A DNA stretch of 31,957 bases from Octopus sinensis (Eukaryota), in contig NW_021831735.1 in the NCBI RefSeq assembly GCF_006345805.1, positions 1 through 31,957 of the forward strand. Reading direction: 5' to 3'. Positions 11,570 through 22,409 of this stretch are shown piece by piece (position 1 is the first letter of the stretch; every line of letters begins with the position of its first letter). The translations under genes and the position numbers were made by a program. The notes beneath the pieces are model-generated. The model worked only from the letters and a program-made list of their open reading frames with translations, did not search any database and was not told where the DNA came from.

Positions 11570-11698
11570 CTTATGAACCACATGGTTCTTGGTTCAGTCC
11601 CACTGCATGGCACCTTAGGCAAGTGTCTTCTACTATAGTCTCGGGCTGACCAAAGCTTTGTGAGTGAATTTGGTAGATGGAAACTGAAAGAAGCCCAT

Positions 11699-11735
<37 letters not shown>

Positions 11736-11958
11736 ATATGTTTGTGTGTTTGTGTTTGTGCCCCCAATATCGTTTGACAAACGATGCTGGTGTTTGTGCC
11801 CCCAATATCGTTTGACAAACGGAACTTAATGGTTCAGCAAAAGAGACTGATAGAATAAGTACTAGGCTTACAGAGAATAAGTCCTGGGGTCGATTTGCTC
11901 AACTAAAGGCGGTGCTCCAGCATTGCCACAGTCAAATGACTGAAACAAGTAAAAGAGA
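11570..11958 (+). mobile_element. SINE family A, 5'-truncated
   Basis: Homologous to 3916-4328 from gcttatgaaccacatgg onward. Confidence 0.85.
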
Positions 11959-12469
11959 ATAATAATAATAATAATAGTAGTAGTAATAATAATAATAACA
12001 ATAATAATAATATATAACAACACTAACACTATTATAAATGACAATGCAACAACGATAATGTAAAGAACAATATTTATAGCTACAACAACAACAACAATAT
12101 CACAGTAATAAAACAACAACAATAGAAGTATTGATGATAATAAAAACAACAGCATCATGATAATGAAACAGCCACTACAGGAAGAACAATAATATAAGCA
12201 ACAAATTCTATACTGAATATGACAACAATAACAACACCAACAATATCATAGTAATGAAACCAGAGACATGAGTAATAAGGATAAAATAATATGACATCAT
12301 CAACAATAATATTGATAATAACTACAACAGGAACATCATAATAATAAAGCAACAACAGACGTCAATAAAAAATAATAATGGTATAAGTAATAATGATAAT
12401 AATGATTACAACCCGAGCAAAGCAACCCACAAACACAAGAAACTATATAGCAAACATCCAATAAAATAA

Positions 12470-12685
12470 ATGACCACCAGCAGGCTTAATATCCTGTGCA
12501 ATACAATCACAGTTATAACAAAAGACTGCATCAGGCCCCATTACACAAGAAACTGATGCAATACAATGCTGGGAAGGGTTTGTACTCATCCAATAGCACA
12601 AAAGAAAACCATCCTGCATGCACCCCAGCAACGCGGAGGTGTAGCAGGTGATGCAGTAGAAATTTGTCTGAATCTACCAAATGTT
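12470..12685 (+). mobile_element. Possible decayed LINE 3' coding fragment
   Basis: Complex GC-richer island ending in an (AAT)n tail. A frame-patched reading KKLMQYNAGKGLYSS/IAQKKTILHA loosely resembles RLE-LINE C-termini. Confidence 0.3.
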
Positions 12686-12803
<118 letters not shown>

Positions 12804-13072
12804 GACAACCCCCAACAGTGATGATAAGACTACAACAGCAACAATAACAATTTAAAGAATGACATTGATAATAGCTATAAAAACAAGAAGGATGATAGCA
12901 ATAATTATATGATGCAACAATGTTTATAGCCAATAAAAATAGCATAAAAAGAATAATGATAATGAAATAACTATCGAAAGAACATGAGCATTGAAAGGAT
13001 TGAATGAAAATCAGGAAGTTTGGATTTGGAGGGTGGGTTTATATTTAATTGTGTTTATATTTAATTTCATCT

Positions 13073-13140
<68 letters not shown>

Positions 13141-13396
13141 ATGAAGTGATAAGAACATCTTGGGTGAAAGGTATATTAAAATTATAACTTCATCCTGCAA
13201 ATGGATTTTATACATAAACCTGATGAGTCAATATATTTGTGATATTAGAATAATACAGATGCAGTGTAATGTTGCAATTCTGATAAAATTGTGTGTGTGT
13301 ATGTGTTTGTATGTATGTATGTATATAATGTACACATGCACACACACTCACGTGTATGTATATATATATATTTAAAGAAAGATTTCCTTGATATAG

Positions 13397-13445
13397 AGAT
13401 TATTAATTACATGAAAAGATCTTTAGAAAAACAAACCTTTTTGAA
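13397..13445 (+). CDS. Candidate internal exon (x)IINYMKRSLEKQTFL(x)
   Basis: tttccttgatatag acceptor and gtaagt donor; only one open frame. Overlaps a competing minus-strand candidate. Confidence 0.25.
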
Positions 13446-13533
13446 GTAAGTTTTGCATTCTGTGTCTAAGCTTTTCTTTGGCAATTTTTTCAAATCCATG
13501 TATGTAAAACTTAACAGTGAAAGTGTTTACATA
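13437..13533 (-). CDS. Candidate internal exon YVNTFTVKFYIHGFEKIAKEKLRHRMQNLLQK
   Basis: tttttcttatag acceptor and AAG|gtttgt donor (weak); 97 nt with only one open frame. Confidence 0.3.
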
Positions 13534-13629
13534 CTATAAGAAAAATTCCTTCCAAAAGGCTTCTGCCATTGAGTTTTCATAAGGTTTTTTGTTTTACATA
13601 ATAATAATAATTATTATTATTTTTGAGTT

Positions 13630-13930
13630 TTGGGCCTCGTGGAGGCAATGACCAAGACCTTTGGCATTATGGTGTACTTGAGAAGAAGACCCCTCAAGTC
13701 AAGCAAAATTGCAGCCCTGACAGATACCAGTGTCACACAAATGGCACCAGTGCTAGAGGCACGTAAAAGCACCCATTACACTCTTGGAGTGGTTAGCGTT
13801 AGGAAGGACATCCACCCATAGAAAATCATGCCAAATCAGACTGGAGCCTGGTGCAGCTCCCTAACTTACCAGCCCTGGTCAAACTGTCCAACTCATGCCA
13901 GCATAGACAATGGACGTTAAATGATGATGA
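13630..13930 (+). mobile_element. SINE-like/RTE-associated retroposon with a (TGA)n tail
   Basis: cccattacactcttggagtggttagcgttaggaaggacatcca...ccaactcatgccagcatagacaatggacgttaaatgatgatga; same family as 31205-31957 (minus) and 14010-14105. Confidence 0.75.
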
Positions 13931-14009
13931 TAATTTTATGAAATTATTTTTTCAAATATTGTGACTAAGCTGTGATTTGTATAAATGTAAACTTGTTCAT
14001 CCTCATAAT

Positions 14010-14105
14010 CAGCATCATCATATGTCTGTTTTCCATGCTGGCATGGGTTGGACAGTTTGGCAGGAGCTGACCTGCTGAAGAGCTGTTCAGGCTCCATGCC
14101 TGTCT
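14010..14105 (-). mobile_element. 3' fragment of the same (TGA)n-tailed retroposon
   Basis: catcatcat...ttttccatgctggcatgggttggacag matches 31205-31260. Confidence 0.6.
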
Positions 14106-14136
14106 CATGTTTCAAATATATTTGAGATGTATTCAG

Positions 14137-14264
14137 ACTTGCAAGAAGACCCTTCACTGCGTTTTGTCATCAAGAAATATTCTCACTGTAGACAAAAAGG
14201 TGTAAATGGACAGGGTCAGTCCATTGATCTATTCAGATCAATGGATGCATGTGTTTCAAAGCAG
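14137..14264 (+). CDS. Candidate internal exon (D)LQEDPSLRFVIKKYSHCRQKGVNGQGQSIDLFRSMDACVSKQ
   Basis: Non-repetitive sequence with about 54 open codons. Acceptors gtattcag (14136) or ttctcactgtag (14191) and CAG|gtatct donor. The 14192 start is phase-compatible with 13397-13445. Confidence 0.35.
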
Positions 14265-14463
14265 GTATCTTTTCATCATCATTGAGCAGAAAAAAGAGAG
14301 GAAACTCTGAACTGACTACAAGACTAGATCACTCTTATTAGTTCCTATCAAAATACTTTGACTGGTGGCTCTAACTGGCTGCCCAGCCACAGGGAAATAG
14401 GAATTAGAAGTGCTAAGCAGTGATCAATATGAATATAAACTTGTTACCAGTTCAAATATTTCT

Positions 14464-15250
14464 TATTTCTTTACTACCCACAAGGGACCACACACAGAGG
14501 GGACAAACAAGGACAGACAAATGGGTTAAGTTGATTATATCGACCTCAGTACGTATCTGGTACTTATTTAATCGACCCTGAAAGGATGAAAGGCAAAGTC
14601 AACCTCAGCGGAATTTGAACTCAGAATGTAGCAGCAGATGAAATGCCTATTTCTTTACTACCTACAAGGGGCTAAACACAGAAGGGACAAACAAGGACAG
14701 ACAAACGGATTAAGTCGATTATATCGACCCTAGTGCGTAACTGGTACTTATTTAATCGACCCCGAAAGGATGAAAGGTAAAGTCGACCTCGGCGGAATTT
14801 GAACTCAGAACGTAGCACAGACAGAATGCCTATTTCTTTACTACCTACTACCAGGGGCTAAACACAGAGAGGACAAACGGGGACAGACAATGGATTAAGT
14901 GAATTATATCGATTCCAGTGCGTAACTGGTACTTATTTAATCGACCCCGAAAGGATGAAAGGTAAAGTCGACCTCGGCGGAATTTGAACTCAGAACGTAG
15001 CGGCAGACAGAATGCCTATTTCTTTACTACCCACAAGGGGCTAAACACAGAGAGGACAAACGGGGACAGACAAATGGATTAAGTGAATTATATCGATTCC
15101 AGTGCGTAACTGGTACTTATTTAATCGACCCCGAAAGGATGAAAGACAAAGTCGACTTCGGCGGAATTTGAACTCAGAAAGTAACGGCATGCGAAATACT
15201 GCTAAGCATTTTGCCCAGTGTGCTAACATTTCTGCCAGCTCACCACCTTT
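14464..15250 (-). mobile_element. SINE family B: one head plus four tandem ~184-bp body units
   Basis: Unit edges (tatttctttactacc) at 14464, 14648, 14831 and 15017. The 5' head (aaggtggtgagctggcagaa...) occurs only once, at ~15190-15250. Confidence 0.92.
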
Positions 15251-15319
15251 CTTCAAATATTTCTCAGTTCAAATTTCTGAGACATTCAATCCCATAAGAA
15301 AGTCAGTTTGTAATGAAGA

Positions 15320-15480
15320 AATACACTGCCAGACAGGGAGGATTCCTCATGCAGATCAATGAACGAAAGCTTGCTTGGTATGGCCATGTATCTTGCTGCT
15401 GCCCCCTGTCCAAAACCATTCTTCAGGGTACAGTTGAGAGAGGCAGACAGAGAAAATCCTGGCTTGACAACATCTCAGGG
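15320..15480 (+). mobile_element. RTE-clade LINE C-terminal fragment
   Basis: RKLAWYGHVS...LSKTILQGTVE-RGRQRKSWLDNI, the typical RTE/BovB-like end of the ORF. Confidence 0.85.
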
Positions 15481-15509
15481 ACTGGACAAGTCACAACCCA
15501 GCAAACACA

Positions 15510-15652
15510 TACAATGGGCTTCTTTCAATTTCTCTCGACTAGATCCATTCATAAGGTGTCAGTCAACTTGAGATTACAGTAAAAGAGACTTGGCTAGGGT
15601 GTCATGCAGTGGTACTGAACTCAGAACAAATGTGGTTGAAAAGAAAGCTTCT
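15510..15652 (-). mobile_element. Highly diverged SINE family A 5' half
   Basis: gggcttctttcaattt...gtcatgcagtggtactgaactcagaac aligns to the family A head. Confidence 0.6.
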
Positions 15653-16263
15653 TATTTTCTTTATTGCCCACAAGGGGCTAAACATAGAGGGGACAAACAA
15701 GGGCAGACAAAGGGATTAAGTCAATTACATCGACCCCTGTGTGTAACAACTGGTACTTATTTAATCGACCCTGAAAGGATGAAAGGCAAAGTCGACCTCG
15801 GCGGAATTTGAACTCAGAACGCAGTGGCAGACGAGTTACCTATTTCTTTACTACCCACAAGGGGCTAAACACAGAGGGGACAAACAAGGACAGACAAAGA
15901 GATTAGATCGATTATATTAACCCCAGTGCATAACTGGTACTTATTTAATCGACCCTGAAAGGATGAAAGACAAAGTTGACCTCCACAGAATTTGAACTCA
16001 GAATGTAATGGCAGACGAAATACCTATTTCTATTTCTTTATTACCCACAAGGGGCTAAACATAGAGGGGACAAACAAGGACAGACATAGGTATTAAGTCG
16101 GTTACATCGAGCCCAATGCGTAACTGGTACTTATTTAATCGACCCCGAAAGGATGAAAGGCAAAGTTGACCTCGGCGGAATTTGAACTCAGAACGTAGTG
16201 ACAGACGAAATACCGTTAAGCATTTCGCCTGGTGTGCTAACGATTCTGCCAGCTCACCGCCTT
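15653..16263 (-). mobile_element. SINE family B: one head plus three tandem ~189-bp body units
   Basis: Unit edges at 15653, 15841 and 16031; a single head at ~16205-16263. Confidence 0.92.
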
Positions 16264-16437
16264 TCATTATATATTAAAGCAAGCACCTTACCACACAGCC
16301 ACGCCTGTGCCTTCAATGTGATATTCATGAAGTTGGATACAGCTGAGTGGAATTGCATGCAGATACAAACCCATTAGATAGCAGTGTATTATATCATAAC
16401 TAACTGTTTATCAGCAATGTGATGCCATGTATATACT

Positions 16438-16796
16438 CTTTTCTCTTTTACTCTTTTACTTGTTTCAGTCATTTGACTGCGGCCATGCTGGAGCACCGCC
16501 TTAAATACTTATTCTATCGGCCTCTTTTTGCCGAACCGCTAAGTAACGGGGACATAAACACACCAGCATCGATTGTCAAGCAATGCTAGGGGGACAAACA
16601 CACACACACACATATATATATATACATATATACGACAGGCTTCTTTCAGTTTCCGTCTACCAAATCCACTCACAAGGCATTGGTCGGCCCGGGGCTATAG
16701 CAGAAGACACTTGCCCAAGATGTCACGCAGTGGGACTGAACCCGCAACCATGTGGTTGGTTAGCAAGCTACTTACCACACAGCCACTCCTGCGCCT

Positions 16797-16842
<46 letters not shown>

Positions 16843-17007
16843 TATGACAGGCTTCTTTCAGTTTCCGTCTACCAAATCCACTCACAAGGCATTGGTCGGC
16901 CCGGGGCTATAGCAGAAGACACTTGCCCAAGATGTCACGCAGTGGGACTGAACCTGCAACCATGTGGTTGGTTTGCAAGCTACTTACCACACAGCCACTC
17001 CTGCGCC
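16438..17007 (-). mobile_element. SINE family A (16438-16795) with a near-identical tandem duplicate of its 5' half (16843-17007)
   Basis: The head ends at 16795 and again at 17007 (212-bp offset); the copies are separated by (TA)n. Confidence 0.92.
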
Positions 17008-17259
17008 TATATAAGAACATTGAAATAAAACCGGTTTTTGAGAAGGGACAAAAACACAATCATTTTTATCACAATCCATCTGAAGATTGCTCTGTTTAGC
17101 ATGAAAATTAAAGCAATGCGAAAGTATTAATATTGTGATATACATCCTCAAATATACATATGTGTACGTACATGCATATACACAGCTTATACACATATGC
17201 TTAGGTCATATTCAAAATAGCATGTTTACGAAATTAAAGGCATTTTTCTGATTTAATTA

Positions 17260-17318
17260 TTCATATATATGTATATAGAATAAAATCACAATATATATGT
17301 ATATATGGTATATATATA

Positions 17319-17359
<41 letters not shown>

Positions 17360-17469
17360 TGTATATATATTATATGTATATATGTATATATATGTATAAT
17401 ACATTGACACGTATATTAAAAATATATATATAATATATGCACATTCACAAACACACATACATATACATC

Positions 17470-17526
<57 letters not shown>

Positions 17527-17726
17527 ATACATACATATACATACAAATATATATATGAATAAGTGAATAAATATATAATTATATAGAACCATACGCATTT
17601 TTAATTTACTTTCTTCAAGTCTGTCTTTTATGTATTCAAAGCAACACTATTATTATTGTCTATTATAATACGTGTGTGTGTTGTTGGGGGGGGGGGGGGT
17701 TATATATGTGTATGTGTCCATGTGTG

Positions 17727-17759
<33 letters not shown>

Positions 17760-17781
17760 GTATATGTGTGTGCATGTATAT

Positions 17782-17816
<35 letters not shown>

Positions 17817-17848
17817 GTATGTTTATATACTTGTGTGTGTATGTAAAG

Positions 17849-17879
<31 letters not shown>

Positions 17880-18087
17880 AATAAACTCATATATACATAC
17901 ATATATACAGACATATATACATATATACACATACATTATTATATATATAAATATTTATTCATATATATATACATACATATGTACGATATGTATACATCTT
18001 TATATATATAAATACTATATATATGTAAAGATATATATGGATGTCTATATAAAGATAAATGTATGTTTATATATACACACATATATG

Positions 18088-18153
<66 letters not shown>

Positions 18154-18682
18154 CATATATATATACACACATATATATATATACAAATACATATATATAT
18201 ACAAATACATATATATGTCTGTATAGATATATATATATATTCATACATAAATGTGCGCATGTGTGTTTGTGTGTATCTGTGCATGCATGCATGTATGTAT
18301 ATGTGTGTGGTTCTTTTTTTTTTATTTGTTATCTGTTAACCATTCCGCATCAAGGTTAATCGAGTGGAGGTAATCAGATGATGAAAAATGTTGGAATTAA
18401 TTGAAATATTGTCAGCAGGAAGGAAGAATGGTTCGGTCCGAGTGGAAGAGAGAAACGGAAGACTTGATGGAGAAGAAGAAGAAGAAGAAGAAGCGGATGA
18501 GATAGAGAAAGAGAGAGGGAGTGGAGATAGAAACACATTTACACATACACAAATATATATATATATGTATATGCATGCATGTATGTATGTATGTATGTAT
18601 GTATACATTTATACATATAGAGATTGATTGATAGATAGATGCATACATATATACATACATACATGTATACAGAGTTATATAT

Positions 18683-18717
<35 letters not shown>

Positions 18718-18752
18718 GATTCATAGACAGATAGATATATACATACACACAT

Positions 18753-18793
<41 letters not shown>

Positions 18794-18804
18794 CATATGT
18801 GTGT

Positions 18805-18850
<46 letters not shown>

Positions 18851-18925
18851 GTGTTAGTATGCATGTATATGTGTAAGTATGTATGTATGTGTGTGTATAT
18901 GCATGTATGTATGTATGTGTGTAGC
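17260..18925. repeat. Extended (TA)n/(TG)n/(CA)n/(GA)n microsatellite field with a short unique island at ~18310-18530
   Basis: Directly visible. Confidence 0.93.
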
Positions 18926-19176
18926 GAGAGTGAAAGGCAGGAAGAGAGGAAGGAAGAGGGTGATGGAAGCAGGGAAGGAATTGATGCTTCCATAAGGAAA
19001 TAATGGTGAAATTTTGGTGAGGATATTGTTAAAGGTGACTGGAGTGATAGGGGTTCGTGTGGCACATGATGAAGATCAGGATGAGTGTGTGTGTGTGTGT
19101 GTGTGTGTGTGTATTTATATGTATAAGTGTGTGCATATTTGTGTGTGTGTGTGAATATATATTATGTTCTATATGT

Positions 19177-19406
19177 GGATTTGGTAGATGGAAACTGAAA
19201 GAAGACTGCTGTGTGTACGTCTGTGTGTCCTTGTATCTGTGTTTGTCATCCACCACCGGTTGCCAACATGTGTTGGTGTATTTACATTCTCATAACCTAG
19301 CAGTTCAGCAAAGGAGACTGGTAGAATAAGTATCAGATTTTAAAAAGAAATACTGAGGTCAATTAGTTCAACCAAAGTTTTTTAAAGCGGTGCTCCAGCA
19401 TGGCCA
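19177..19406 (+). mobile_element. Diverged SINE family A, 3' portion
   Basis: ggatttggtagatggaaactgaaagaag...gcggtgctccagcatggccac. Confidence 0.75.
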
Positions 19407-19503
19407 CATGTATGTTCATATGCATATATGTGTATATACATAGATAAATAGCAAGGAATGCAGACACTGAACGATGATGATGATGATATATACATATATA
19501 CAT

Positions 19504-19566
<63 letters not shown>

Positions 19567-19588
19567 ATATGTGACAATTATTCCATAG

Positions 19589-19695
19589 ACATGATAAAAC
19601 TCAAGTTTTGGATGTTGGGGCGGAAACCAATGCCAGCATCTCTTCAGTTATTGGGCCACCGAAAAATTGCTATGAAAATGACCGTTAAAACAAAA
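19589..19695 (+). CDS. Candidate internal exon (x)MIKLKFWMLGRKPMPASLQLLGHRKIAMKMTVKTK
   Basis: ttattccatag acceptor and perfect gtaagt donor; 107 nt with one fully open frame. Confidence 0.3.
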
Positions 19696-19704
19696 GTAAG
19701 TTAC

Positions 19705-19750
19705 TATGTGATTGACCATTATTAAGACCAAAGTGCTATTAGATTGACTG
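19705..19750 (-). CDS. Candidate internal exon (H)SQSNSTLVLIMVNHI
   Basis: Long pyrimidine tract cctttattccctctcttatttag and ATA|gtaact donor; its phase bridges the 22303-22342 and 13437-13533 candidates. Confidence 0.2.
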
Positions 19751-19874
19751 CTAAATAAGAGAGGGAATAAAGGTAAGGGGGTAAAAATGTTCATAGTATC
19801 CGCGTAAGCACGCATGTCCATACATATACATGTGCGCCTGCACACCCATGTACATGTGCCTTATTCAGACACAC

Positions 19875-19987
19875 AAAATCCACTCACAAGGCTTTGGTCA
19901 GCCCGAGGCGATAGTAGAAAACATTTGCCCAAGGTGCCATGCAGCGGGACTGAACTCGAAACCACGTAGTTTGTAAGCAAGCTACTT
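19875..19987 (-). mobile_element. SINE family A head fragment
   Basis: aaatccactcacaaggctttggtcagcccgagg...gggactgaactc. Confidence 0.75.
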
Positions 19988-20171
19988 GGAAAGCGATTTC
20001 ACAAAATGTGTGTGGCTTTCGCTTTTATAGATGTGCAAGTGCTACATACATAAATACATATACATGTATGTGTGTGTGTGTGTATCTGTGTGTTTGTATG
20101 TGTGTATTCAAAGGACCCAAACCCTTTCCTGTCTCTTTTTCTCTCTGTGTATATGTATGTATATTCTTCTT

Positions 20172-20827
20172 CATGCACCCTTTTCAAGCCTAGCCAGGTT
20201 CATGGGCCCAGTTTCCCAGTTCTATGGTGTATGTGTACCCTCCAGCTGGACGGGACGCCAGTCCATCGCAGTGTTACTCAAGAAACAGCAAGAGGGAAAA
20301 GTCCGATATGAGGTCCTTTGCTATTCGTAAGACCCGCAGAAGAGAAAGTAGGTCAACCCTCGACACCAAGAGCATCGATGGATGGATGAATGCACATCCA
20401 GGCTCAGCGGTTGTGTAGGAAGTCGGGGACAAGAAACAGGAAGAAAGAGTGAGTGAAAGTTGGAGCGAAAGAGTACAACAGGGGTCGCTACTACCCCCTG
20501 CCGGAGCTTCGTGGAGCTTTTAGGTGTTTTCACTCAAGAAACACACACAACGCCCATTCTGGGAATCAAAACCTCTATCCTCCGACCGTGAGTCCACTGC
20601 CCTAACCACTGGGCCATTGTGCCTCCGTATGTATATGTAACTCATAAACACACCCGGTCTGGGAATTGAAAGCGCTATCCTCTGACCCCGCTGCCCTAAC
20701 CACTGGGCCATTGTGCCTCCGTATGTATATGTAACTCACAAACACTCACAACGCCCGGTCTGGGAATTGAAAGCGCTATCCTCCGACCGTGAGTCTGCTG
20801 CCCTAACCACTGGGCCATTGCGCCTCC
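20172..20827 (-). mobile_element. SINE family C, full length, with a 141-bp internal cassette and two extra tandem heads
   Basis: Heads start at 20626, 20720 and 20827. The body has gcgatggactggcgtcccgtccag. Cassette 20289-20429 is flanked by CAAGAAACAG direct repeats. Confidence 0.9.
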
Positions 20828-21117
20828 GTATGTATATGTAACTCATAAATACACACACACACACATATAAAATCCAAAATCAAGTTTAGGATATTGAACT
20901 TATGAACTTGATTTGCTTAAGAGAGAAATGTCTGAGATTGGTTGAAATCTAAATGGAATCAGGAATCCGTCTTTTACAACAATTTCCAAAGATCTTTGTC
21001 TATAATTGGAAACATTTCAGAGAACATTATGAGGAATTTTGTTCTGGCTTATTGGCGACAAATATATGTGTGTGTGTGTATTCTTTTATCCCTGTATTTG
21101 CTTCAGTCATTTGACTG

Positions 21118-21332
21118 TGGCAATTACTAGAAATGGAAGTCAAAATTGAGCTGAAGCAGTCACATCAAGCACTGAGATATATGGGAATTGTGAGCGAGCA
21201 AGCCAAAACATCTTTCCCTGGTGAGATAAACTCACAGAATGAAGCATCTGGATAAAACCTTATCACGTGATTTCGAAATTTGATCAATGACCTTGTTTCT
21301 CATCAGAGGCTTCCACCAGTACTCAGGTTAAA
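21118..21332 (-). repeat. Left arm of a ~215-bp inverted repeat (hammerhead-bearing, PLE pLTR/retrozyme-like)
   Basis: The reverse complement aligns with 21866-22092 from ctttaacc to aattgcca. Confidence 0.9.
21256..21311 (-). ncRNA. Type-I hammerhead ribozyme, canonical core
   Basis: Minus strand: AGCCT-CUGAUGA-GAAA...UUUC-GAA-AUCACGUGAU-A-AGGUU. Stem I AGCCU/AGGUU, stem II GAAA/UUUC, palindromic stem III, AUA cleavage triplet (cut between 21261 and 21260). Confidence 0.85.
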
Positions 21333-21461
21333 GTGACATCCTGCCTCCCAGTACCTCATGAAAAAAAAAAAACCATTGAAAAGTGAGCACTAAAATTCAA
21401 AATGGTTAAATTGTATAGAAAATAATAATAAAGTTGTATACAATAGGAGGAGAAGGAGATC

Positions 21462-21793
21462 CCCTTTGGTTATGAATGCCCATGGGATTGCACCTAGAAA
21501 GTTACCCTCTGAGGCACAAGTCAGGGCAAGATTGTTTGTGGAAGACCAGCAGTCGCTCATGCATACCGGCCTCTCCTCTCCATGCTATCAATGTTATCCA
21601 AGGGAAAGACAAAGGGGCCAATACAGCTTGGCACCTGTAATGTCGCAACTCATTTCTACAGCTGAGTGAGCTGGAGTAACGTGAAATAATGTGTCTTGCT
21701 TAAGAACACAACACGCAACCCAGTCCAGGAATCGAACTCACAACCTCACGATCGTAAGCTCTATGCTCTAACCACTGAGCAATGTGCCTTCAC
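21462..21793 (-). mobile_element. tRNA-derived SINE family D (Arg-like head)
   Basis: A box TTGCTCAGTGG, B box GAGTTCGATTCC, anticodon-like loop TTACGAT (ACG). Consistent with the tRNA-Arg-related octopus OR SINEs as recalled from the literature; not verified. Confidence 0.85.
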
Positions 21794-21865
21794 ATATACA
21801 ATAAGTGTATACTGAAATACAATCAATAGTTTTTTTCTCATGAGCTACAGGGAGGCAGACTATTT

Positions 21866-22092
21866 CTTTAACCCCAGTTTAGTGGTGGAAGCCTCTGATG
21901 AGAAACAAGGTCATAATGATCAAATTTTGAAATCATATGATAAGGTTTTGTCCAGATACTTCATTCTGTGAGTTTATTCCACCAGGGAAAGATGTTTTGG
22001 CTTGCTCACTCTCAATTCCTGTATATCTCATTGAGGTTAGTGCTTTATGTGGCTATTCGAGTTAAATTTTGACTCTTATTTCTAGCAATTGC
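21866..22092 (+). repeat. Right arm of the ~215-bp inverted repeat
   Basis: See the left arm. Confidence 0.9.
21890..21947 (+). ncRNA. Type-I hammerhead ribozyme, second copy (G-U at 10.1-11.1)
   Basis: AGCCT-CTGATGA(21895-21901)-GAAA...TTTT-GAA-ATCATATGAT-A-AGGTT; stem III is still a perfect palindrome. Confidence 0.75.
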
Positions 22093-22302
22093 CAGTGCTA
22101 TTTTTACACCTTCATTTATATATCTATATATATGTGTAAATATAAAAAAACATTTTAATTGAACAAGAATGCAATGGAGGACAATAACACATTCAGACAG
22201 ATAAATGATACAAAGGTGGACAGGAGAAACAACAATTACGACAGGGAAAAAAGGACAGGTCATTCGTGGCCTTTTTTCAGTCAAGTTACCAGTTGTCCTT
22301 AC

Positions 22303-22342
22303 TGTTTCAGGCAGTTACACTCGATATATTCGATCTGGTTGC
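22303..22342 (-). CDS. Candidate 40-nt internal exon (x)NQIEYIECNCLK(x)
   Basis: Acceptor acttttttgcag with branch-like ctaat/cttaac upstream and gtaagg donor. Only one of three frames is open. Weakly LRR-like (N-I--I). Confidence 0.4.
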
Positions 22343-22409
22343 CTGCAAAAAAGTCTAAGTTAAGACCATTAGATTTTTTTGTAAGAAAGCCATCGAATGT
22401 ATACTGCAA

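Noticed and set aside
13220-13250. CTGATGAG and other isolated CUGANGA words (2172, 14073, 19641, 25811)
   Set aside because: None has a correctly placed stem II-GAAA-stem III; 25811 lies inside mariner coding sequence.
20233-20278. Twister-ribozyme resemblance on the minus strand (UAACACUGC...CUGG-CGUCCCGU-CCAG...UGGAGGG)
   Set aside because: It shares end motifs with twister, but P2 would have only 2 bp and the L4 loop lacks the T2 pseudoknot bases; it is better explained as the SINE central domain. An Infernal twister search would settle it.
20953-21070. Protein-looking frame MESGIRLLQQFPKIFVYNWKHFREHYEEFCSGLL
   Set aside because: There is an in-frame stop immediately upstream, no pyrimidine tract, no good donor and no recognised family.
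22086-22160. Plus-strand acceptor followed by a hydrophobic peptide (AIASAIFTPSFIYLY...)
   Set aside because: The acceptor lies inside the repeated inverted-repeat arm and the peptide runs into TA-rich low complexity.
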